From assembly GCA_964491475.1 (NCBI GenBank), contig CAZBFO010000003.1:136766-200765 (forward strand): DNA of 64,000 bases, in the 5' to 3' direction. Positions 1 to 10,154 of the stretch are shown here, one piece after another. The notes beneath the pieces were generated by a model. That model was not told the origin of the DNA. It saw nothing but the letters and a program-made list of their open reading frames with translations, and ran no database searches. Made by a program: the position numbers and the translations under genes. The DNA is from an uncultured Gammaproteobacteria bacterium (GTDB taxonomy: Bacteria > Patescibacteriota > Patescibacteriia > SG8-24). The first letter of the stretch is position 1. Each line of letters starts with the position of its first letter.

Positions 1-5
1 ACGAC

Positions 6-443
6 ATGGCCGCCGCCGACGCGCTGCTCGCGTCTTCTGCGGCCGCGCTCGGCGACATCCGCGCCAAGATTTCCGGTCGGCCCGAACTGGCCGACGAGGG
101 CGCCTACCGCGCCGCGATGGAAGAGTACGCCGAGGCCGCGCTGTACCGCGCCTGGGTCAAGGACGGCACCGTCGGCCCCGTCGCTCTCGAAGGCGTCGAT
201 CACGAGATCTACCTCGGCGGCCTTTCCGACCTCACCGGAGAAATGCAGCGACGCCAGGTGCGCCTGGCGACCGAAGGCAAGCTCGACGAAGTGCGCGCCA
301 TCAAGGAATCGATCGAGGAAATAGTGGTGCAGCTGCTGGAGATGGACCTGACCGGCTACCTGCGCACCAAGTTCGACCAGGCCAAGAACAGCCTGCGCCG
401 CGCCGAAGACGTGCTTTACGAAGTGACGCTGCGTCGCAGCTGA
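6..443 (+). CDS. Translin/TRAX-family protein (probably 5'-truncated by the window edge)
   Basis: EEYAEA and YLGGLSDLTGE motifs match translin-family acidic helices; helical C-terminus LRTKFD. Confidence 0.7.
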   Translation: MAAADALLASSAAALGDIRAKISGRPELADEGAYRAAMEEYAEAALYRAWVKDGTVGPVALEGVDHEIYLGGLSDLTGEMQRRQVRLATEGKLDEVRAIKESIEEIVVQLLEMDLTGYLRTKFDQAKNSLRRAEDVLYEVTLRRS

Positions 444-452
444 TCCGCACCT

Positions 453-1145
453 ATGCGCGCGCTGACCGCGGCCGCCGTCATTCCGGCGCACAACGAGGGC
501 AAGACCGTCGGCAACGTGGTGCTCACGCTGGTTGCCAGCGGCCTTTTCCGCGAGGTGATCGTGGTCAGCGACGGTTCCTCCGACGACACCGCCGCCGTCG
601 CCCGCGAGGCGGGAGCGACCTTGGTCCATGAGCTGTCGCACCGACGCGGCAAGGGTCTCGCCCTGGCGCACGGCGTCATGCACACCGATGCCGACGTCGT
701 CTGCTTCTTCGATGCCGACCTCCGCGGCCTGACCGCCGAGCATGTGCAGGCGGTGCTGGGTCCCGTCGCGCGCGGCGAGCGCTACATGAACGTCGGCATG
801 CGCGACCAGGGCGGGCTCCGCGGCTTCTTCGCCGCGGTGCTGCCGTGGGTCAGCGGCCAACGCGCGCTGCGCCGCGACGTTTTCGACGCCATTCCCGGAA
901 AATTTTTGGCGGGATACGGCGTCGAGATTTCCCTCAACTGGTTCTGTCAGGTGAACGGCCTGCCGTACGGCATCGTGCCGCTCAAGGGATTGGGAATCGT
1001 CACCAAGGTGGGGAAGGTCGGGCTGCTCCGCGCCGTGCCGCAGTACGCGCGCATGTGGTCGCAAGTGCTCGCCGGCATGCTGCGCCTGCGCCTGGCGCGC
1101 AGGCAGTTCGCGGAACACGGTACGCACATGAGTCATCATCATTAG
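453..1145 (+). CDS. Glycosyltransferase family 2
   Basis: VIPAHNE, VVSDGSSDDT, GKG, FFDAD, SGQRA motifs. Confidence 0.9.
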   Translation: MRALTAAAVIPAHNEGKTVGNVVLTLVASGLFREVIVVSDGSSDDTAAVAREAGATLVHELSHRRGKGLALAHGVMHTDADVVCFFDADLRGLTAEHVQAVLGPVARGERYMNVGMRDQGGLRGFFAAVLPWVSGQRALRRDVFDAIPGKFLAGYGVEISLNWFCQVNGLPYGIVPLKGLGIVTKVGKVGLLRAVPQYARMWSQVLAGMLRLRLARRQFAEHGTHMSHHH

Positions 1146-1158
1146 CAAACAACCGCCA

Positions 1159-2655
1159 ATGCTCACCGTCGACTGGTTCAAGGACAAGAAGATCACCGTC
1201 ATGGGTCTGGGCGTCCACGGCGGCGGCCTTGGCATTGCCAAGTGGCTGCGCCGTCATGGCGCGGCCGTAACGGTCACCGACCTGCGCGACCAGCACGCGC
1301 TGGCTTCTTCGATCGAGGAGCTGGAGCGCAGCTACCTCCAGGACACGCGCACCATCGGCAAGCGCAACATGCATCGCATCCGCTACGTGCTCGGCTCGCA
1401 TCCCGAGGAGCTGTTCACGGGAGCCGACATGGTCATCCGCAACCCCGCAGTCCCGCGCGAGCATCCGTTGCTGGCGTTGGCCGCCAAGCACCGCGTGCCC
1501 GTCGAATCCGACATCTCCATTTTCTTCCTGCTCTGCCCGTTTCCGATCATCGCGGTATCCGGCACCAAGGGAAAGACCACCACCACCTCGCTCATCGCCG
1601 CGATGTGCAAGGAAGCGGACAAGCGCACCGTCATCGGCGGCAACATCCGCATCTCGCCGCTCGACAAGCTTGACGCGCTGCTGAAGCTGGCCGCCAAGCG
1701 CAAGGCCAAGGCGCCGCCCATCGTGCTCGAACTGTCCTCGTGGCAGCTCGAAGGCCTGGCGCCGCACCGCTTGAGCCCCCACATCGGCGTGCTCACCATG
1801 ATCGCCGAAGACCACCTCAACCGCTACGACGGCATGGCCGACTACGCCGCCGCCAAGGAAATCTGCGTGGCGTACCAAAAAGAAACTGACGTCGCCGTTC
1901 TCGGCGCGGACAACGTCTGGACCGCGGCCATCGGCAAGCGCAAGGGCCAAATCAAAGATGCGCCGAACGCCGGCCGACGCATGTGGTACTCCGTGAAGCC
2001 GCTGCCGCGCGGACAGGAAGGCGTGTGCGTCTCCGCCGGAAAAATAGTGCTGATGGAAAAGGGGAAGCGTACGGTCATCGCTCCCGTGTCTTCGATCGCG
2101 CTGCCGGGCGCGCACAACCGCGCCAATGTCGTCGCGGCAGTCGCGGCGGCGCACTCCGCCGGAGTTTCGCCAGCTATCATCCGAAAGATCATCCGCACGT
2201 TTGCCGGCGTGCCGTACCGGCTGGAGACCGTCGCCGTTAAGCGAGGCGTCCGCTTCGTGGACGACACCACCGCTACTGCGCCCGACGCTTCCGTCGCCGC
2301 CATCAGTACTTTTAAGAAAAAGGGCAAGCGCAACATCATCCTCATCTCCGGCGGTGCCGACAAGGCGCTCAACTTCGGCGCTTGGGCCGCAGCCGTGAAG
2401 GCCGGGGGAGTGAAGCACCTGATCCTGTTCGACGGCTCCGCCACGCCAAAGATGGAAGACGCCCTCAATGCCGTCGGCGACCTCACGCCGCGTGCCGGCG
2501 CCCGTTCCATGCGCGAAGCTTTCTCCGAAGCCATGCGTCACGCCGCCAAGGGCGACGTGGTGCTGCTCTCGCCCGGTTGCGCCAGCTTCGGCGTCTTCAA
2601 GAACGAGTTTGACCGCGGGGACCAGTTCAATGCGCTGGTTCGCAAGCTGCGCTGA
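1159..2655 (+). CDS. murD: UDP-N-acetylmuramoyl-L-alanine--D-glutamate ligase
   Basis: GLGVHGGG, SGTKGKTTTT P-loop, LELSSWQL, DHLNRY, LLSPGCASF...RG. Confidence 0.95.
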   Translation: MLTVDWFKDKKITVMGLGVHGGGLGIAKWLRRHGAAVTVTDLRDQHALASSIEELERSYLQDTRTIGKRNMHRIRYVLGSHPEELFTGADMVIRNPAVPREHPLLALAAKHRVPVESDISIFFLLCPFPIIAVSGTKGKTTTTSLIAAMCKEADKRTVIGGNIRISPLDKLDALLKLAAKRKAKAPPIVLELSSWQLEGLAPHRLSPHIGVLTMIAEDHLNRYDGMADYAAAKEICVAYQKETDVAVLGADNVWTAAIGKRKGQIKDAPNAGRRMWYSVKPLPRGQEGVCVSAGKIVLMEKGKRTVIAPVSSIALPGAHNRANVVAAVAAAHSAGVSPAIIRKIIRTFAGVPYRLETVAVKRGVRFVDDTTATAPDASVAAISTFKKKGKRNIILISGGADKALNFGAWAAAVKAGGVKHLILFDGSATPKMEDALNAVGDLTPRAGARSMREAFSEAMRHAAKGDVVLLSPGCASFGVFKNEFDRGDQFNALVRKLR

Positions 2656-2724
2656 TCCCAGGTCGCCACGATTGTGCCGAGCAAAAGAAAAACCCATCGA
2701 CATTTCGTCGATGGGTGTCGCGTT

Positions 2725-4683
2725 CTAGCGCCAGCGTCCTTGCCTTCGCCCGCGTTCGTCGTGCCGTCGCTGCTTCCGTCGAAACCTATCCTTTCGCGGC
2801 TTGCGATGCTTGTGCGTCTCGATGCCGAAGATCTCGTCGAGCCAGCGTGCCGGCACCGCTTGCACCTGCCGCGCGTAGGTCCGCGTCGTTTCCACGATTT
2901 CCGCCGCCACGATGAACTTCGGCGGCGGCTTTTTGTCGTAGACGACCGAGCCGGGGAAGATGAAGACCCCTTCGCATCGCGGCTTCCGATAAGCGCGACC
3001 GTCGCCGTGCTCGCCGGAGTTGGCGAGCAGGTTGGCGATCAGCCCGCAGGTCACGGCCATCTTCACGTTCTCGTTGTTGCCGGCGTCGGTCGAGTCGCTC
3101 GCGATGCAGCAGTCCTCGAGAATCGCCGCCAGCTGCGCTTCGGTCTTCTCGATTTCCTCGAGAGCCACCTGATGCAGGAAGTGGCGTTCCGCGAACGCGG
3201 CGCGGTCCGGAGCGATGCGCCACCGCTCGACGGCGTTCCGCAGCGTCAGGAAGTCCGAGTCGGAGTTCCTGAAGGAGCGATGCGCGATGTCGGACGCTTC
3301 CTCCTGTCCCATGGGGCGCAGGAATATCGGTCGCGTGGAGAACGACGCCGCGATGGTCAGCACCGGCTTCACGCACCGGTAGCGCCGGGCCGAGAGCACC
3401 ATCTTGGAGACGACCGGCGGCAGCGGGATCGCCGCCATCGTCAGGCCTTCTTCCGTGACGTCACCGTCGGCGTCGAGTGCGCCGAGCGCAGTCAGCGTCT
3501 CCTTGGCGTTGGCCCAGAACGCCCCGGCGGGGGAGTCCATGAAATCGATTTCGCGGACCTGCCGTTCGGAGAAGCCCATGGCCCGCAATTGCAGGAAGGC
3601 GTTGTCCAGGTTGGAGCGGAGCAGTTCCGGCTGGGTGAAGTCGCGTCGCCGTTCGAAGCTGCGCTCCGAGTACAGCCGGATGCACAATCCGGGCGCGGTG
3701 CGTCCGGCACGGCCGGCGCGCTGGTTGCAGCCGGCCTTGGAATGGTCGACTACCTTCAGCGCCGAGGTCGAGGTGCGCGGGAAGTAGCGCATCTCCTTGA
3801 TGAGTCCCGTGTCGATCACGCAGGTCACGCCGTCGAGCGTCACGGACGTTTCCGCGACGTTGGTCGAGACGATGACGCTGCGCTTCGTCCGGCTGAACAC
3901 CGACATCTGCTCCTCGGGCGACTGGTTGCCGTAGAGCGGCAGGACGTCGACGTGGTCGACCTCGTCCTGCAGGCGCGCCATGGTGTCGCGAATGGAAGCG
4001 TAGTCGGGCATGAACACCAGCAGGTCGCCGGGCGTCCGCGGCAGCGCGGACTTCACCGCGTCGACGGCGGCGCTGACATGGTCGTCTTCTCCGCCGGGCA
4101 GGTGCTCGACGGTCACCGGGTAGGTCCGCCCTTCGACGTGCACCACCGGCGCGTCGAAGTACTTGGCGAACTTCTCCTCGTTGATGGTCGCCGACATGAC
4201 GACCACGGTGAGGTCCGGCCGCTTCGGCAGCAGGCGCTTCACCAGCCCCATCAGCAGGTCCTGGAACAAGTTGCGTTCGTGCACCTCGTCCAGGATCAGC
4301 GCGTCGTAGCGGCTAAGCAGCGGGTCCGCCAGCAGCTCCCGCAGGATCACGCCTTCGGTCATGTAGGCAATCTTGGTGAGATCGGGGTCAGTGCGGTTCT
4401 CGTGACGGATGCGATAGCCGACCGTCGTGCCGAGCCCGCAGCCGAGCTGCCGCGCGACATACGTCGCCACCGAGACGGTGGCGATGCGTCGCGGCTCCGT
4501 CACGGCGATCGAGCCGCGTCCGCAGAAACCGCCCTCCAGCAGGAAGCGGGGGACCACCGTCGTTTTGCCGCTGCCGGTTTCGCCGACCACGACGATGACC
4601 TGATGCTCTTTGGCGAGCTGGACGATTTCGTCGCGATGCGCATGTATCGGGAGCGTTTGTTCCACGTCGACCTCCGTTCTCAC
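2725..4683 (-). CDS. HrpA/Prp-like DEAH-box RNA helicase
   Basis: GETGSGKTT, TEPRRIA, DEVHER, MSAT, STNVAETSVT, QRAGRAGR plus HA2/OB-like C-terminal part. Confidence 0.92.
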   Translation of the reverse strand: MRTEVDVEQTLPIHAHRDEIVQLAKEHQVIVVVGETGSGKTTVVPRFLLEGGFCGRGSIAVTEPRRIATVSVATYVARQLGCGLGTTVGYRIRHENRTDPDLTKIAYMTEGVILRELLADPLLSRYDALILDEVHERNLFQDLLMGLVKRLLPKRPDLTVVVMSATINEEKFAKYFDAPVVHVEGRTYPVTVEHLPGGEDDHVSAAVDAVKSALPRTPGDLLVFMPDYASIRDTMARLQDEVDHVDVLPLYGNQSPEEQMSVFSRTKRSVIVSTNVAETSVTLDGVTCVIDTGLIKEMRYFPRTSTSALKVVDHSKAGCNQRAGRAGRTAPGLCIRLYSERSFERRRDFTQPELLRSNLDNAFLQLRAMGFSERQVREIDFMDSPAGAFWANAKETLTALGALDADGDVTEEGLTMAAIPLPPVVSKMVLSARRYRCVKPVLTIAASFSTRPIFLRPMGQEEASDIAHRSFRNSDSDFLTLRNAVERWRIAPDRAAFAERHFLHQVALEEIEKTEAQLAAILEDCCIASDSTDAGNNENVKMAVTCGLIANLLANSGEHGDGRAYRKPRCEGVFIFPGSVVYDKKPPPKFIVAAEIVETTRTYARQVQAVPARWLDEIFGIETHKHRKPRKDRFRRKQRRHDERGRRQGRWR

Positions 4684-4867
4684 TGATGCTTTTTCTTGAA
4701 AAGGGCGTTTCCCGGGGCCGCAAAAAAGCAGCCGGGGGAACAGCGAAGACTAGCCTGAAAACGGACGAATGTCAACGTGCGCTGAACGGCAGTGATACGG
4801 GAAACCGGCGGATACTCCGTAAGTATCCGCCGGCCCTTTTGTGTTTTGTTGGCTGTTTTATGAAGCG

Positions 4868-5563
4868 TTAGCGCCGCAGCGTGTTCGTATAGCTGGCCAG
4901 CGTGCCGTCGGCGTTGATGCCCACCTGCACAAAAGGCGGCAACTCCGATTCCTTCGCTGGCTGGGAGAAGTCATCCCAGCGAAAGAAGTAGGTCTCGCGG
5001 TTGCGATTGTCCTCCAACGGATGGTACTCGCTTCGCCTGCGCGCAAACCCTGCGACGTTGGCCTCGACGATGCTCACGGCCTTGGCTCGAAGCTCCGAAA
5101 CGGCGAGGCGGTCTTCTGGTCGAGTCTTCCGTGGCGTTGGATGCACACGCGCACTCGGACCTGCTTGGACCAGAACGTCGTCTGCCGGGTCGATCCAGTA
5201 TTCGTTTCCTCGGTCGTCTGCATAGATTTCCACTTTTTGCGCGTCGTCATCCCTGTACGGGTTTGGCGCGGCGCAGCGGTAGGCGAGCGCCAGCACGGGA
5301 TCGTCGCGAAAGACGCGGATGCGTTCGATGGCGGCCTTTCGCGCTTCCGGTGCACGGGCATCGGCAAGCAGCTGGTCGCCTTCGGTGCCGAAGTTCCCGC
5401 CGTCGAATTCCTGTTCGTCGTCGAGCTTTCGTTCAAGATGGCGGATGGCCTCTTCGTCCGGATCGTCGATGTCGGCATCTTCCGGTGCCCTGCTGTCTGG
5501 TACGGCCTTCGGCTTCATAGGGGCGTGCAGCAAACGTGGTGCGCCGTTGCCGTCCGCCGGCAC
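4868..5563 (-). CDS. Hypothetical protein
   Basis: 231-aa ORF with protein-like composition; start uncertain; no motif recognised. Confidence 0.55.
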   Translation of the reverse strand: MPADGNGAPRLLHAPMKPKAVPDSRAPEDADIDDPDEEAIRHLERKLDDEQEFDGGNFGTEGDQLLADARAPEARKAAIERIRVFRDDPVLALAYRCAAPNPYRDDDAQKVEIYADDRGNEYWIDPADDVLVQAGPSARVHPTPRKTRPEDRLAVSELRAKAVSIVEANVAGFARRRSEYHPLEDNRNRETYFFRWDDFSQPAKESELPPFVQVGINADGTLASYTNTLRR

Positions 5564-5759
5564 GAGCCGAGCTCGCGCACAGAACCGATTCGTGATGACG
5601 TCGCGTGCAACCGGCGTTGAGTTATCCCTCTGACCTGCAGGTCACGACGAGAGTAGGGAAGCGCATAAAAAGTGTCAAGCAACTGACAGTATTTTACTGT
5701 GGATAACTCCCCATAAAACAAAAAGCCGCTCACTTACGTGATCGGCGCAACGACGGAAG

Positions 5760-6287
5760 TCAGTCGCAGTTGTAGTCGAGCCACTTGATCGCGGCCGAAA
5801 TGACAGGACGAAGATTCGTATAGCGGGTAGTGCGGAGCGCGTTGACTCGCTGCACCCAGATGATCCGGTCGATGCCCTTGGCGATCTCCGGACGGCCCAC
5901 CGCGTCGGTGGGCGTCTCCATCAGGTAGAAGTAGATGCGCTTCTGGATGCACATGCCCCGCAGTTCCTTGCGATGGCGCTCCAAGAAGCGGATGTCAACG
6001 TGACCGAGTGAAGCGACGACACGCAGGTCCGTCAGACCCATCTCTTCGCGCGTTTCGCGCAGCGCGGCCGTCTCCAGCGTTTCGCCGGGATCGACATGAC
6101 CCTTGGCGAATGCCCACTGGTGGTGCGAGTTGCGGATGAAGCCGATGCGGATGCCCATGGGGGTCCGCCTGAAGACCGTTCCGCCCGCGCAGGTTTCATC
6201 GACGACCTTGAGGCCTTCGGTGCACGGTTCGCCTATGCCGGCGTCGTCTGCGATAGCTCTCGTTATCAGCTGTTCAGTTGAAGACAT
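5760..6287 (-). CDS. NUDIX hydrolase (Ap4A hydrolase-like)
   Basis: Nudix box KGHVDPGETLETAALRETREEMGL. Confidence 0.9.
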   Translation of the reverse strand: MSSTEQLITRAIADDAGIGEPCTEGLKVVDETCAGGTVFRRTPMGIRIGFIRNSHHQWAFAKGHVDPGETLETAALRETREEMGLTDLRVVASLGHVDIRFLERHRKELRGMCIQKRIYFYLMETPTDAVGRPEIAKGIDRIIWVQRVNALRTTRYTNLRPVISAAIKWLDYNCD

Positions 6288-6479
6288 GGTGACATGTCAC
6301 TCCCGTGTGGAAGGTGCAGCTTTGGGAAGGTGCGGCTTGATTGAGGCGTCACTGTACGCCTGCCGGACGCGAATGTCAATGCGAACGGTTTTGCACAGCT
6401 GCGGCAATTTTTAACCCCCGGTCCGCAAGCGCGGACCGGGGGCGTTTTGTGTTGCGCCTCGTAGAGGCAAGCTGGGGGT

Positions 6480-7067
6480 TCAGGCGTGGCGCTGGCTCTG
6501 TTTGGGAGCCGGCGTCGTGGCCTTCCAGGACTTGCGGTCCCGTTCGAGATAGCGGTTGTCGAGTCGGATGATGGTCTTGCCGTCCGACAGGTGTCGGAAG
6601 CGGGGGTTGTTGGACTCGTGGTTGGACACGAGGACTCCGGAAGGCGCCGGGTTGGCGGGTTCGTAGTCGTCGTACTCCAGCGCGGGTCCGTCCTCCTCGA
6701 TGCCGAGGTGGTCGGCGAGCTGCGCGTAGTAGTCGAGAGGATTGACGTAAAGGTAGTAGCGCGTGAGCTCGTAAAGAGCTTGCTCCGCTTCGTCGTCCGC
6801 GAGATCGCAGACGTCGTTTTCCTCCTCCTCGATGTCCTCGGCGGTCTTCACGTACTCGCCGCGTTCCACGAACACTGCGAGGGGCGCACGGAAGACGCCG
6901 TCGGCGGAGCGGAGACACTGCGCGGTGCGGTCGGCACCCTGCTCGTCGAGACGTTCGTCTCGCTCGTCCTTCTGGAGCTCGATCCAGGCGTACGCCTTGG
7001 TGACGTCGCTGGAGAGGCCGTCGAGGATGATGGTCGAGTTGATGCCGGAACCGATGCCGTTGTTCAT
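6480..7067 (-). CDS. Hypothetical acidic protein
   Basis: ATG at 7067 preceded by AAGGAG and a near-consensus promoter; GC-rich hairpin at about 6417-6452 downstream. Confidence 0.65.
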   Translation of the reverse strand: MNNGIGSGINSTIILDGLSSDVTKAYAWIELQKDERDERLDEQGADRTAQCLRSADGVFRAPLAVFVERGEYVKTAEDIEEEENDVCDLADDEAEQALYELTRYYLYVNPLDYYAQLADHLGIEEDGPALEYDDYEPANPAPSGVLVSNHESNNPRFRHLSDGKTIIRLDNRYLERDRKSWKATTPAPKQSQRHA

Positions 7068-7128
7068 TCGTTTTCTCCTTGGAAAGGGCTTGGGTATTCG
7101 TTTGGCACTTGCCGAACTTCGTGAAGGC

Positions 7129-7157
7129 ACTATAGCACAAAATGACCGTTTTGTCAA
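7129..7157 (-). promoter_or_regulatory. Sigma70 promoter for the 6480-7067 gene
   Basis: Minus strand TTGACA-N17-TATAGT with extended -10 TG. Confidence 0.75.
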
Positions 7158-7268
7158 GGGTGTCCCATAGATAAAATAAGCTTAAATTAGCCTAAAATTA
7201 GGCCTTTGCAAGGCCTTCCCTTTGTCGTATCCTATGCAGGTATGAAAGGGGCTGCGCAGAAGCAAAAA

Positions 7269-8252
7269 ATGACCGAGAGCGAGCCGGCTTCGGGCTGGCG
7301 GAATGGCGTAATTGGGCATGCGGCAGCGCTCGACGTGCTGGATCGCGCCATCGCCACCGGACGTCTGGCGCACGCCTATCTTTTGGTCGGTCCTGAAGGA
7401 GCGGGAAAGATGGCCGTGGCGAAGCGTTTTGCGGCCATGCTTTTGGGCGTGCAGTCGCCCGAAACCCATCCGGACTACGCCTTCGTGGAGCGCGTGCGCG
7501 ACGCCAAGACCGGAAAGCCCCATGCCGACATCCTTTTGAGCCAAGTCCAAGCGCTCACGGCGCGTTTGTCGTTGGCACCGATGATGGGCGGCTGGCGCGT
7601 GGCCATTCTCGACGGGGCGCAGCTGCTCAACAAGGAATCGGCCAACGCGCTGCTCAAGACGCTGGAAGAGCCGCACGAAAAGACGATGCTGCTGCTCACG
7701 GCGACTTCGGCAGAAGAAGTCATTGCCACCATCCGTTCGCGCTGCCAATTGCTCCGATTTAACCGCGTGGCTGCAGCAGAGATTTCTGCCGCGCTCCTTG
7801 CCCGGGGAACCGACGCCGGTCAGGCCGAGCTGTATGCGCGGCTGGCAGACGGCCGCCCCGGCGTCGCTGTCGGTTTCGCCGAAAAGGATGCGTCGCGATT
7901 CGAGGCCATGATGGCCATGCGCGAGACCATCTTGTCGATGCCGGCCGCCGCCGTGGCCGACCGGTTCATGGCGATCGAGAAGGCTATCCCTCCGAAACTG
8001 CCGTTCCAGGACGCCGTCGATCGTGCCACGGAATGGCTGGATCTTTTTGCCGAACTGTTGCGTGATGCCCTGCTCATCAGGCTGGGGGCGTCTGAACGCA
8101 TCGTCCACGTCGACGTGAGCAACAGGGTTGCGGCATGGTCGCGGCAGTGCGATCCGGCTGCTGTTTTGGCCAGGGTAGAGGAGTCTCGCAAGTTGCTCCT
8201 TGCCAACGTCTCTCCTCGGGCCGTTCTGGAACAGGTAGTGGCAGCCTTTTGA
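7269..8252 (+). CDS. holB: DNA polymerase III delta' subunit
   Basis: HAYLLVGPEGAGK, HPD, SANALLKTLEEP, TIRSRCQ. Confidence 0.92.
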   Translation: MTESEPASGWRNGVIGHAAALDVLDRAIATGRLAHAYLLVGPEGAGKMAVAKRFAAMLLGVQSPETHPDYAFVERVRDAKTGKPHADILLSQVQALTARLSLAPMMGGWRVAILDGAQLLNKESANALLKTLEEPHEKTMLLLTATSAEEVIATIRSRCQLLRFNRVAAAEISAALLARGTDAGQAELYARLADGRPGVAVGFAEKDASRFEAMMAMRETILSMPAAAVADRFMAIEKAIPPKLPFQDAVDRATEWLDLFAELLRDALLIRLGASERIVHVDVSNRVAAWSRQCDPAAVLARVEESRKLLLANVSPRAVLEQVVAAF

Positions 8253-8313
8253 GCAGACGCGGGCCGTGCTAAGATAACCCCGACATTTACTCACTCCACG
8301 ATTCAATATCGGT

Positions 8314-9381
8314 ATGCATATCAGGCGACATCTCCTTTCCGCAGCAATGGTGGGAAGCTTGATCACCGTCGGTGCGGGCTGCATCTCCTTCAATTCCGGC
8401 CCCGCCAGCACCGGTCCGGACGGCGGCATGTTCAAGTCCGCCGACAAGGGCGTCAATTGGGCCCAAAAGTCGGCCATCGCCACCACCGGCGACAAGCGCT
8501 CCATCAGCAGTGTCAACGTCATCGCCATCGAGCAGGACCCCGAGGACGCTTCGGCCTTCTACATTGGCACCACCGACAACGGCATGTTCTACTCGTATGA
8601 TGCCGGCGAATCGTGGCTGCAGCCCGCGCAGCTTTCGCATGGACGCATCCCGTCCTTGGCGATAGATGCCAAGAACAAATGCGTCGTGTACGTCGCCGCC
8701 GAGAACAAGGTGCTGAAGACCGTCGACTGCTCCCGCACCTGGAACACGGCCTACTTCGAGACGCGCACCGACAAGCTGACCACCGCCGTGGCCGTCGACC
8801 ATTACGACCCCAACACCGTCTGGGTCGGCAACAGCTCCGGCGACCTGTCCAAGAGCACCGACGCCGGCCTTTCCTGGAAGCCCGTCAAGTCGTTCGACGG
8901 GCACCAGATCGTCCGCATCGCCATGAGCCCTGCTGACAGCCGCAAACTGTACGTCGCCACCAAGGATTCCGGCGTCTGGCGCAGCGCTGACGGAGGCGAC
9001 ACTTGGAAGGACTTGAGCGAGAACTACAAGGACTTCGAAGGCAGCCGCGACTTCGCCGACATGACCTTTGGCGTCTCCGACCCCGCCACCATCGTCATGG
9101 CCAGCAAGTACGGCCTGATCCGTTCGACCGACGGCGGCGACAAGTGGAGCAGCATTGAGCTTCTGACTCCGCCCAACACCGCCGCCATTTATTCCGTGGC
9201 GCTCGATCCCAAGGACACCAACGGCCTGTACTACGGTACCGCCACCACCTTCTACAGCTCGCCCAACGGCGGCGTGAACTGGGTCACCAAGAAGCTGCCC
9301 ACCAGCCGGGCGGCCACGGTGCTGCTGGTCGACAGCAGCAACCAGAACGTCATCTACCTCGGCGCCACCAAGTTCAAGTAG
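8314..9381 (+). CDS. Lipoprotein with BNR/Asp-box beta-propeller repeats
   Basis: Lipobox-like GAGC; repeated SxDxGxxW Asp-boxes. Confidence 0.8.
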   Translation: MHIRRHLLSAAMVGSLITVGAGCISFNSGPASTGPDGGMFKSADKGVNWAQKSAIATTGDKRSISSVNVIAIEQDPEDASAFYIGTTDNGMFYSYDAGESWLQPAQLSHGRIPSLAIDAKNKCVVYVAAENKVLKTVDCSRTWNTAYFETRTDKLTTAVAVDHYDPNTVWVGNSSGDLSKSTDAGLSWKPVKSFDGHQIVRIAMSPADSRKLYVATKDSGVWRSADGGDTWKDLSENYKDFEGSRDFADMTFGVSDPATIVMASKYGLIRSTDGGDKWSSIELLTPPNTAAIYSVALDPKDTNGLYYGTATTFYSSPNGGVNWVTKKLPTSRAATVLLVDSSNQNVIYLGATKFK

Positions 9382-9432
9382 GGTTGAACTTGCTGCGGCC
9401 ATGGTGTAAGGTCCGTACACCTTATTTTTCCT

Positions 9433-9990
9433 ATGCCCATAGACATCCTCTCCGACATTCATCCCGAATTCCAAAACGTGGTGGAATTCCTCAAGAGCGA
9501 CATCTCGGTGCTGCGCACCGGTCGCGCCAATCCCAAGGTGCTCGACGGCGTGATGGTCGAGGCCTACGGCACCATGAACCCGCTTTCCAGCGTCGCTGCA
9601 GTCACCGTGCCCGACGCCCGTTCCTTGGTGGTCGACCCCTGGGACAAGAGCAACCTTAAGGCCATCGAGACGGCCATCATCGCCGCCAACCTCGGTCTGA
9701 ACCCCGCCGTGCAGGGCCAGTCCATCCGTATTCCGATCCCGGCTCCCACGGAAGAAACGCGCAAGCAACTGGTGAAGCAGCTCGGCGAAAAGCTCGAGCA
9801 CGCCCGCAAGAGCGTCCGCAACGTCCGCGACGAAGCCAAGGCCGCCATCCAGAAAGCCGAGAAGGACAAGGAAATCGGCGAGGACGAGAAGTACAAGCTG
9901 CTCGAGGAACTCGACAAGAAGGCCGCCGGCATCAACGAACGCATCAAGAACATCGGCGAGGAAAAGGAAAAGGAAATCATGACGGTATAA
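9433..9990 (+). CDS. frr: Ribosome recycling factor
   Basis: LRTGRANP, V(D)PWDK, PTEETRKQLVK, SVRNVR, KEKEIM. Confidence 0.97.
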   Translation: MPIDILSDIHPEFQNVVEFLKSDISVLRTGRANPKVLDGVMVEAYGTMNPLSSVAAVTVPDARSLVVDPWDKSNLKAIETAIIAANLGLNPAVQGQSIRIPIPAPTEETRKQLVKQLGEKLEHARKSVRNVRDEAKAAIQKAEKDKEIGEDEKYKLLEELDKKAAGINERIKNIGEEKEKEIMTV

Positions 9991-9993
9991 GCA

Positions 9994-10020
9994 GGGGAGC
10001 GGCTTCGGCCGCTCTCTTTT
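9994..10020 (+). terminator. Intrinsic terminator after frr
   Basis: ggggagcggc-ttcg-gccgctctct followed by a U-tract. Confidence 0.8.
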
Positions 10021-10023
10021 GTA

Positions 10024-10047
10024 TTTTTGGCTTTATAAAGCCAAAAA
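10024..10047. promoter_or_regulatory. Perfect 24-bp palindrome, candidate operator
   Basis: TTTTTGGCTTTA|TAAAGCCAAAAA, 25 bp upstream of the -35 box at 10073. Confidence 0.5.
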
Positions 10048-10072
10048 GTGCTCAAAATGCTGCGGGCCACCC

Positions 10073-10101
10073 TTGACAGCGAGGCCTTTTCGTGCTAGAG
10101 T
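10073..10101 (+). promoter_or_regulatory. Sigma70 promoter driving the structured RNA
   Basis: TTGACA(10073-78)-N17-TAGAGT(10096-101) with extended -10 TGn. Confidence 0.75.
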
Positions 10102-10154
10102 CTTCAGTTCCCTTAAAACAGACCACCACCCGTTCTCGCGTAGCGAGATGGACT

